Of a stretch of DNA of 32,000 bases, positions 18,111 to 28,200 are shown one piece after another. Made by a program: the position numbers and the translations under genes. Origin of the DNA: Candidatus Omnitrophota bacterium (GTDB lineage: Bacteria > Omnitrophota > Gorgyraeia > 2-01-FULL-45-10); the NCBI GenBank assembly GCA_023818895.1, contig JAMWCX010000001.1, positions 299,789 through 331,788 of the forward strand, read 5' to 3'. Positions within the stretch are counted from its first letter, which is position 1, and the number at the start of each line of letters is the position of its first letter. The notes beneath the pieces were generated by a model. The model saw only the letters and a list, made by a program, of their open reading frames with translations. It was not told the DNA's origin and searched no databases.

Positions 18111-19796
18111 TTACATCTTCTTCGGAAGCGATACTCCCAGCAAGCGCAAGCCGTTGGCGAGAACTATGCGTACGCAATCCACCAGAATTATGCGCGCCTT
18201 TGTAAGAGAAGGGTCGGAACTCACCACGCGATGCTTGACGTAAAAGGAATGAAAGGCGGCGGCCAGATCCTGGAGATATTGCAATATCACGTAAGGCTCG
18301 AGCGCTTTGCCGCTGGCGGCGACTATCATCGGAAACTGGCGAAGCATTCTCATGAGATCAATCTCTTCCTCCTCTCCAAGAAGGGTCGGATCAAATTTCG
18401 CGCCTATATGGGCATTCTTGCTGTATTCCAATATAGACCATATCCGCGCGTGGGCGTACTGGATGTAATAGACAGGGTTCTCCATCGACTGCTTCTTCAC
18501 AACCTCAAGATCGAAGTCCAGATGGCTGGATATCCTTCTCATCAGGAAACAGAAGCGCGCGACGTCCTTACCGACCTCGTCCATCACCTCGCGCAAAGTA
18601 ACAAACTCTCCGGCCCTGGTAGACATCGAAACAACCTGGCCGCCCCGGTATAGCGTGGCCAGCTGAACGATAAGAACGGATAAAGACTCTTCCGAATACC
18701 CCAGCGCTTTTACCGCCGCCTTCATCCTCGGGATATAGCCGTGATGGTCGGGCCCCCATATATCGATAAGTCGCGAAAATCCTCTGCGGTATTTTTCGCG
18801 ATGGTACGCTATATCGGGCGTAAGATATGTCGCGCTGCCATCCGACTTATATACAACCCTGTCTTTATCGTCGCCAAAAGATGTGGACTTAAACCATGTG
18901 GCTCCGTCCTGCTGAAATATGTAGCCCTTGTCTTTTAAAAACGCGATGGTTTTTTCTACCTTCCCGGATTTGCGCAGGGACCTCTGGCTGTACCATACAT
19001 CGAATTTAACACCGAAATCTTTAAGATCTTTTTTAATATCGGATAGGATCCATCTGAGGCCAAACTCTCTAAAAACACCCACGTCGGTCGTGTCAATAAA
19101 CCGCTTGCCATATCTCGCTTTGAAGGCAGCCGCTATCTCGTTGATATAGGAGCCCTTGTAATGATCGGCTGGAAATTCTTCCTTTATACCACAGGCCTCT
19201 CTGTAGCGCGCCCTTATAGAGCTTCCGAGAATGTTCATCTGGTTGCCTTCGTCGTTCAGGTAATATTCACGCGTTAAGCGGTATCCCAGATATGTCAGGA
19301 TGTTAGCCAGGCTATCGCCTATCGCCGCCTGTCGTCCATGGGCTATGGTAAGCGGTCCGGTCGGATTCGCGCTTACAAATTCGATATTGAGCCGCTGTCC
19401 TCTCCCTGCCGAGGAGGCGCCGTAATCGTTCTTGAAGCGTTGTATTTTAAGAAGGACGCTGGCAAGATGGCTTTTGGAAAGGAAAAAATTTATAAAGCCC
19501 GGCGGTTTTACCTCTACCCGTTCTACAGAATCTTTGATAGGTGAGTTGGAGATGTCGTCCATTACCCGCCCTCTGAGAGCGGTTGCCAATTCAAGCGGCG
19601 ACCTCGAAGCGTATTTGGCCATCTTCATGGCGATGTTGGTCGCTATATCACCGTGTCTTTTTTCTCTGGGTATCTCCAGCTCTATCTTATCATTCTCTGG
19701 CGAGGTATGCTGAGGTATGCCAAGATCCGAACAGAGCCCTTTCAAGGACCTCTCTAAGGCAGGTATAATATCTTTCTCGATTCCGCCATAATGCAT
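18111..19796 (-). CDS. argS: Arginine--tRNA ligase
   Basis: 561 aa. It has a class I signature SANPTGPLTIAHGR, a MSTRAG (KMSKS-like) motif and a DALR-type anticodon-binding C-terminus. Confidence 0.95.
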   Translation of the reverse strand: MHYGGIEKDIIPALERSLKGLCSDLGIPQHTSPENDKIELEIPREKRHGDIATNIAMKMAKYASRSPLELATALRGRVMDDISNSPIKDSVERVEVKPPGFINFFLSKSHLASVLLKIQRFKNDYGASSAGRGQRLNIEFVSANPTGPLTIAHGRQAAIGDSLANILTYLGYRLTREYYLNDEGNQMNILGSSIRARYREACGIKEEFPADHYKGSYINEIAAAFKARYGKRFIDTTDVGVFREFGLRWILSDIKKDLKDFGVKFDVWYSQRSLRKSGKVEKTIAFLKDKGYIFQQDGATWFKSTSFGDDKDRVVYKSDGSATYLTPDIAYHREKYRRGFSRLIDIWGPDHHGYIPRMKAAVKALGYSEESLSVLIVQLATLYRGGQVVSMSTRAGEFVTLREVMDEVGKDVARFCFLMRRISSHLDFDLEVVKKQSMENPVYYIQYAHARIWSILEYSKNAHIGAKFDPTLLGEEEEIDLMRMLRQFPMIVAASGKALEPYVILQYLQDLAAAFHSFYVKHRVVSSDPSLTKARIILVDCVRIVLANGLRLLGVSLPKKM

Positions 19797-19805
19797 TTTA
19801 CAGAC

Positions 19806-20219
19806 TTACCGCTTCCTGGAGCTTCTTCGCGCGGCTTTGTGGCGTTTTTTGAAGGCTTTAGGCCGGGTCTTGCTCTTCTTTTTTGCATAACGGCCTGTTT
19901 CCCTTAACGACTCTTGCGGGCAATCAGCCCATAAGCGTTCCAGGTCATAAAACCGCCGCGTCTGCTCATAAAATATATGAGCCACAACATCGCCGTAATC
20001 AAGAAGAACCCATAAGCCTTCCCGCTCACCTTCCTTATGCCATAACCGCTCCCGCTTCTCCCTGAGCTTCTCGCCTATGTGGTCGGCTATGGCCCTGACC
20101 TGCGTGGTGGACGTGCCGCTGGCTATTACGAAATACTTGCAAACGCTCGGCACCTTCCGCATATCTATCATGACGATGTCGAGCGCTTTCTTATCTGAAG
20201 AAGCCTTAGCGATCGCCAA
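19806..20219 (-). CDS. rsfS: Ribosome silencing factor RsfS with polybasic C-terminal tail
   Basis: 137 aa. The core is KKALDIVMIDMRKV...YFVIASGTSTTQVRAIADHI...WVLLDYGDVVAHIF. The first in-frame start is TTG at 20219, and a stop lies 13 codons upstream. Confidence 0.85.
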   Translation of the reverse strand: MAIAKASSDKKALDIVMIDMRKVPSVCKYFVIASGTSTTQVRAIADHIGEKLREKRERLWHKEGEREGLWVLLDYGDVVAHIFYEQTRRFYDLERLWADCPQESLRETGRYAKKKSKTRPKAFKKRHKAARRSSRKR

Positions 20220-20272
20220 GGCCTTTTCTCTTGCTTCTATGGCTAGCTCCTGTTTTTAAAATCACTGCTTCC

Positions 20273-20359
20273 AAAAAAAGATTACACAGATCAAATTTAA
20301 TATTTCACGGCCGATCCTTTATGGCTAAGTCGTGTAATTTATCTTCAACCTGTGTAATC
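20273..20359 (-). terminator. Long-range stem plus U7 tract: probable terminator or structured RNA after the mini-gene
   Basis: On the minus strand, GATTACACAG (20359..20350) is perfectly complementary to CTGTGTAATC (20289..20280). TTTTTTT (20279..20273) follows immediately. A third partial copy, AATTACACGA, lies at 20339..20330 inside the 60-nt loop. Confidence 0.4.
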
Positions 20360-20366
20360 GTAATCT

Positions 20367-20510
20367 CTACTTCAGTATCTTATACATTCCGGTGCCGCAG
20401 GTCACGCACTTGCCCTTCATAGCCTGCCTCTTGTTTTTCATGGTGACCTTCTGAGTATCCTTCATCTCTTTTTTGGATTTGCACTTCACGCAATATCCTA
20501 ATTCTGCCAT
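20367..20510 (-). CDS. 47-aa CxxC...CxxC zinc-ribbon protein (DUF5679-like)
   Basis: It is absent from the ORF track because it is under 60 aa. The start context is GGAGGTGAGAGATAATG. My translation is MAELGYCVKCKSKKEMKDTQKVTMKNKRQAMKGKCVTCGTGMYKILK. The pattern C.KCK...M......TMKN.R.A..G.C..CGT.M.KI matches my recollection of DUF5679. Confidence 0.7.
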   Translation of the reverse strand: MAELGYCVKCKSKKEMKDTQKVTMKNKRQAMKGKCVTCGTGMYKILK

Positions 20511-20560
20511 TATCTCTCACCTCCTAACTGAATATATCGACATACTGAAAAATTTGTTCA

Positions 20561-20589
20561 ATTATACACTACATATAGTCCATCGTCAA
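20561..20589 (-). promoter_or_regulatory. Near-consensus sigma70 promoter for the mini-gene
   Basis: The minus strand reads TTGACG (20589..20584), exactly 17 nt of spacer, then TATAAT (20566..20561). It lies about 50 nt upstream of the ATG at 20510. Confidence 0.55.
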
Positions 20590-20610
20590 GGGTATAACTT
20601 AGGCTCATAC

Positions 20611-21180
20611 TTAAGTATAGAGCTTATTGGCGATTATATACTCGCGCACTTTGTCCGGAACAAGGTATCTTATGGACCGACCTGATTTAAGACGCCTACG
20701 GATGTCTTCGGAAGACACTTCTATAGGAGTTATAACAACCGTCTCCACCTCTTTAGGCACCTCCTGAACTGGATATCCCGGCCTGTTTGCGACTATGAAT
20801 TTCGACATCTTGAATATATCATTGACATTCTTCCAGGAGAAAAGGTCCTTAAGAAGGTCTGATCCTGTTATGAAGTAAAGCTGCGCGTCTTCGCCATACC
20901 GCCTTCTGAACTCCTTTAGAGTATCTACGGAGTATGATGTCTTCCTGGAGTTGATTTCAAAATCGGACACCTCAAAGGCCGCGTTATCCGCTACCGCAAG
21001 TTCTGTCATCTTTAAACGATCTTCAGGCTTCACGTTGCCCTCGAGCGCCTTATGCGGCGGGATATAGGTCGGAACAAAAACCACTTTGTCAAGCCTCAGC
21101 TTAGCAAGCGCTTCCTCCGCCAGTATGAGGTGCCCTATATGTATAGGATTGAAAGTGCCGCCGAGTATACCTATCCTCAT
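20611..21180 (-). CDS. nadD: Nicotinate-nucleotide adenylyltransferase
   Basis: It opens MRIGILGGTFNPIHIGHL ((T/H)xGH motif). I prefer ATG at 21180 to the GTG at 21183 in the ORF track. Confidence 0.9.
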   Translation of the reverse strand: MRIGILGGTFNPIHIGHLILAEEALAKLRLDKVVFVPTYIPPHKALEGNVKPEDRLKMTELAVADNAAFEVSDFEINSRKTSYSVDTLKEFRRRYGEDAQLYFITGSDLLKDLFSWKNVNDIFKMSKFIVANRPGYPVQEVPKEVETVVITPIEVSSEDIRRRLKSGRSIRYLVPDKVREYIIANKLYT

Positions 21181-21184
21181 CACC

Positions 21185-22428
21185 CTATTTCCTTATCTGC
21201 CCTTTACCATATATTAGATACTTGTACGACGTAAGCTCCTCCAGGCCCATCGGCCCCCTGGCATGGAGTTTGTCGGTAGATATTCCTATTTCGGCGCCTT
21301 TGCCGAACTCTCCGCCGTCCGTGAAGCGAGTCGAGGCGTTAACGTAGACGCATGCCGAATCCACTTCAGCAAGAAACTTCGCAGCGTTAGCCCTATTTCG
21401 CGTTACGATAGCGTCGGAATGATATGAGCCATACTTCATTATATGGTCGATCGCTTGATCTACATCTCTGACGACCTTCACCGAAAGTATAAGGTCCAGA
21501 TATTCCGTGCTCCAGTCGCTTTCTGTGGCGGCCTTGATGCCGGTAACTATCCTGCGAGTCAAGCCGCATCCCCTGATCTCGACGCCAGCGTCCCGGAATC
21601 TCTGTATCATGCGAGGCAGAAACTGATGCGCCACCTTGACGTTCACGAGCATGGTCTCCATCGCGTTACATACGCCCGGTCTCTGCACTTTCGCATTGAA
21701 ACATATATCTTCAGCCATCTCCAAGTCAGCCGAATCATCAACGTAAGTATGGCAAACCCCTTTGTAGTGCTTGATAACGGGTATCCGGGAGCGCTTAGCG
21801 ACCTGTCGTATAAGGGATTCGCCCCCTCTGGGCATGACCAGGTCTATCAGCCCCTCTTGGATGAGCAACTCGTCCACAATGCGTCTGTCTGTGTTTTTTA
21901 TAAATGCCAAGGAATTCGGCGGGATACCATGTTCGATGGCGGCCTTGTTAAGAACATCGAATATCGCGATATTCGAATTTATAGCCTCGCTCCCGCCGCG
22001 CAATATAATAGCGTTGGAAGATTTAAGGCAAAGACCGACGCAATCGCTTGTCACATTAGGCCTTGATTCGTAAATTATGAGGATAGAGCCTATGGGAACG
22101 CGTACCTTTTCTATGATCAGGCCGTTAGGCCTCCTTGTCTTTTCGATAATCTCGCCTACCGGATCCCGTAACTTCGCTATCTGACACAGAGATTCCGCCA
22201 TAGACTCGATCCTGGTCTCGGTAAGCGTCAATCTGTCTATAAGAGCGGCGCCCAGATGATTACGTTTGGCATTCCGCAGGTCTTTTTCATTATTTCGCAT
22301 GATGGCGTCGGCGTTTTTAATGAGGGCCTTTGACATCGCGACCAAAACCTTATTTTTGGTCTTCGCGTCGACAAGCGCCAACCTTCGCGACGCCTTCTTA
22401 ACCTTTAGGCACAAATCCTTCACATCTA

Positions 22429-22432
<4 letters not shown>
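21185..22432 (-). CDS. proA: Gamma-glutamyl phosphate reductase
   Basis: 415 aa of the aldehyde dehydrogenase superfamily, with a typical ProA C-terminus (ASTRFTDGGEFGKGAEIGISTDKLHARGPMGLEELT). It has an ATGA overlap with proB. Confidence 0.95.
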
Positions 22433-24723
<2,291 letters not shown>

Positions 24724-24729
24724 TTTGAA

Positions 24730-25050
24730 TTATCCTTTCGCGACTTCTATCTCTTTTACCCTCAGTCTCGTTACATCACGGCGGTGGCCAATCTTCTTCT
24801 TCTCGCTTTTACGCCTTTTGTATTTGTAGGCTATTACCTTGGGCTCTCTTTCCTGTCCGAGCACCTCGCAGACAACCTGCGACCCCTTAAGATAGGGGCT
24901 TCCTATATGCACAGAATTACCGTCCTTGGCTAGAAGCACTTTCGTTATCTTGAACTCCGAGCCGCTTTTTGCGTTAATTTTTTCCACCGTAAACACGGTA
25001 TTTTTCTCGACCTTATACTGCTTGCCACCCGATTCAATCACAGCGTACAT
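24730..25050 (-). CDS. rplU: 50S ribosomal protein L21
   Basis: MYAVIESGGKQYKV is the canonical L21 N-terminus. GGAGG lies 7 nt upstream of ATG 25050. The ORF-track start at 25098 would lie upstream of the predicted -10 element. Confidence 0.9.
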   Translation of the reverse strand: MYAVIESGGKQYKVEKNTVFTVEKINAKSGSEFKITKVLLAKDGNSVHIGSPYLKGSQVVCEVLGQEREPKVIAYKYKRRKSEKKKIGHRRDVTRLRVKEIEVAKG

Positions 25051-25088
25051 CGCGCAACCTCCGATTCTAATAGATTTAATAGGATGAT

Positions 25089-25117
25089 ATAGTATCATTA
25101 GGAAAGATTTTTGTCAA
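25089..25117 (-). promoter_or_regulatory. Near-consensus sigma70 promoter for the rplU-rpmA-obg operon
   Basis: The minus strand reads TTGACA (25117..25112), exactly 17 nt of spacer, then TACTAT (25094..25089). It lies about 40 nt upstream of the rplU ATG. Confidence 0.55.
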
Positions 25118-25180
25118 CCTAACAATATGCTTGAATCTTTGTTGATTTCGCGTATCGGTCTGCGATATCGATAAACGCAT

Positions 25181-25254
25181 AAATAAGACGACGGGCCGCG
25201 GGAGGCGCCCAAGCCGACGCGAGTAAGCCTGCGGCGATTCATCCCACAGCCCGT
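25181..25254 (-). terminator. GC-rich structured element with U-rich tail after the giant ORF (probable terminator)
   Basis: On the minus strand, ACGGGCTGTGGG ... CCCGCGGCCCGT forms a 12-bp outer stem including 2 G-U pairs. It encloses a GC-rich interior and is followed by CGTCTTATTTAT. It stands out against AT-rich flanks. Confidence 0.35.
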
Positions 25255-25258
25255 AAAA

Positions 25259-28200
25259 TTAAGCGGCGGTCAATACCTCCTTAAGAGTTCGATCCCTTCT
25301 GTGCATCTCCGCGTTTATGTCGATCCTCGTTATCTTCTTGAGCGTAAGAATAATTCCGGAAACAAATAGATTATTAAAATCGGCCTTTAAAAGATCGAGA
25401 TCCTTTCTACCGTTATCCACCATCTTTTCTATTATATCCATAAGCCTGGCCCTATGATCGGGATCGGCCGAATTTTTCACATAATCAAGGACAGGCAATC
25501 CGAACATCACATGCATAAATATCTCTTCGACGGGTACATCCCCTGTTGGCATATCTTCGCTTAACCATTTAAATCGGGCGTGCGTCTTATTATGCTCTAT
25601 AACGGCATCTTTCGATATCATGTTGGCATCAACATAGGCAAGGGCAAGAGTAGCGGGATCGTCCAAATCACCATTCGGCCTACCGGATTCCCTCACAACC
25701 GCCTCATTAAGCCCTCTTTCAGTGCCATCATAAAATATGATTTTTACATTACTGAATCCCTCCTTTCTAAGAGCATAAAGAATATCTGCGCGGGCAGTAT
25801 GACGCGGCGCCAGGTTATCACTTTTCGAAGGTATAAAAAAGACCCTTTTTTCTGCCGGCGCGCGGACTGTCTCCAATAGCCTTATTAGCGATTGGGCTAA
25901 TTCCTCACCGCCAAGACCTGCATCAATTGTCGCTGCATCTAAATCTTTTTCAGTCGTAGCACTGCTATCAGCAGGAACCTGGGCAGTGTCATCGCTGGCA
26001 TTCGTCCTCAAAAGCACTTTCAGCTTCGCGGCGACCTTATCCGTTATCTGCTTAGCCAACGCAGGGTTCGATAAGACCTGCTTGTACTTATAAATGTTGA
26101 GATCATCGACGGTAGCCAATATCGTCTTTACTACCACGGCAAGGAACAACGGCACATCCAAGACGCTAACGTTCAGCCCGAGCTCATTAATCTTTTTTTC
26201 CATTAAATCATTTTTAAGATGCGGGAATCTTTCTTTTGCTTTTTCATATGATAGGAATGTCATTATCCGCGCCAGGATCTCTTCTTCTGTTTTAGTCATC
26301 AGAAGCTGCTCGCTCTCATGGCCGCTCCGCAAGGCGCTCCTTGAGGCTTCTTCAAACTCAGGAAACCGCGCCCGCAAAAACATATGCCCCAGTACTTCAT
26401 GAAGGATCTCAAATTTTTTGATATCTTCCCTAACCGACCAGACACCATCGTCGTTAAGGACCAGGGCGCTTTTGTCCACAAGGAGCATCGTCTCTGGTTC
26501 TCCCCAATGTAGTTTTACCTTAAAGTGGGGGAAAGAATCTCCTGCCATCTGCGAAGCCATGTCAACAAATACTATCCGCGGCAAGATCTCATGCCCATAA
26601 CCCAGCGCGTCAAGATAGGCGCCGACATAGTTTCTTAAATCTCGTTCGGCATCTGGGAAACTCAGTCCTTTCTTGCGCGCATCTTCTATAGCCTCCTTCT
26701 CCAGTCTTGCCCTTCCCGTGATGGACAATGCCGACAACCTGCCTTTTAAAACAGCCGGCTTCATCGGTTTTTTATCAATCTCTCGGGCGGTCGCCAAAAC
26801 CTCCTCTATGACATCAACATATAGCAGCGATTCCGCGGCTAACAAGGCATCCTTATTACCAAAGCCACCTTCCCTTAAGGCGTATTCAATGTTGGCCTTT
26901 CCCATCACGTTTTGGGGGGAGTCGACAAATATCGGTTTTGCGCTATTCTTCCTTGAAGGTAGCCAATGAGTGATATCATGTGTGGTAAGAATGCTGGTTG
27001 GCTTATCGTAAACGCCGCTTGCAAGATGGCTTAGGCCCGTATCCGGCGTCAGCACCCAGTCCGCAATGGAAATTATAGATGTTATCGCCGGATAAAGCTC
27101 CTGCCTTGGCAAAAGTATTCTGTTTGGATTATGATTATCCACCATATTCAATATAGCATCTATCATATTAACATCTTGGTCCATCTTTCCGCCGTGAGTA
27201 AAGACGAGGTAGGCATCTGTCTCCTTAAGAAGCCTCGATATAATGGTAGCCCACGCCCGCTTTGATATTATATCCGGGTGGCTCACCCCATAGACGTTTA
27301 TGATGAATACCTTCTTAAGAGGATCGAATGGCGTAGTGCCATCCGAAGCCTTATCGTGCCACCTCTTGAGGATAGTCAACGCGGCATTTCGCTCTTTAAG
27401 AGTGGGCTCAAGAACGCCAAGACTAGAGACATCCACATTGAGCCCGATATTATGACATAGCAGTATTGAGAAACGCCATATGCTCGCGTCGTCTACTAAG
27501 CCATTCTTGGTAATATCGCTGACGGCCTCTTCGGTTCCCGAGACGATATACGTTTTTCCATCCCTGTCGGTAAATAGCGGCTCCGCCATCTTGCCAGTAG
27601 CGGTAGATAGACTATTTTTCCGAGTGCCGGAAAATAACTTTGTTACGGGGAACAATTTGATCAAATACGGGAGTTTTCCGCCTTCAAACATCTCAGATTT
27701 AATATTATCAAAAACCGATCCCAACCGACGGCTAGTAACATTCTGGTAAAGATCAAAGACAAGGTCAATCTTCTTTTCCTTAATAAATTCTAGGGCTATT
27801 AGCGGATTTTTCATCGTCTCCACGGTGTAGTTTTCCCACTCCGCTAAATCATATTTCCCCCACCTATTGTCGCCCTCCGCCTGCAATCGCCAAATGTATT
27901 CGGTAGGTACGGGTGTTACCTTCCCCTGAAAATGTTCCGAGAAATATATATCGGGAAAATCGGTTGCCACATAAATACGGGCTTGCGGATATTGCTCTGC
28001 CAAAGATACCATAAGAGGCCAGGCGTTTATTATGGCCTCGCCCAGTTTTGGCCCAACTAATCCTTCCTCAGGCGCAAAAACCAGAATATTCTTTATATGC
28101 CGCGGATCCACGATCTTTGTATCGGCGAGCGGCCGGAAAATATAGCTATTTTTATTGATGGGGGCATCTGGCTGGGTTGCCTGCGACTGTGTGGGCATGG

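Noticed and set aside
20231-20422. 63-aa plus-strand ORF in the nadD-rsfS gap
   Set aside because: It overlaps the minus-strand 47-aa zinc-ribbon gene and the terminator-like structure. It has no SD and a nonsense-like sequence. The minus-strand reading has a strong promoter, an SD and a conserved Cys pattern.
26384-26401. HEVLGH in the giant protein as a zinc-metalloprotease active site
   Set aside because: The spacing is HExxxH, not the canonical HExxH, and I see no downstream third ligand motif that I can align. It is kept only as a note inside the dark-region finding.
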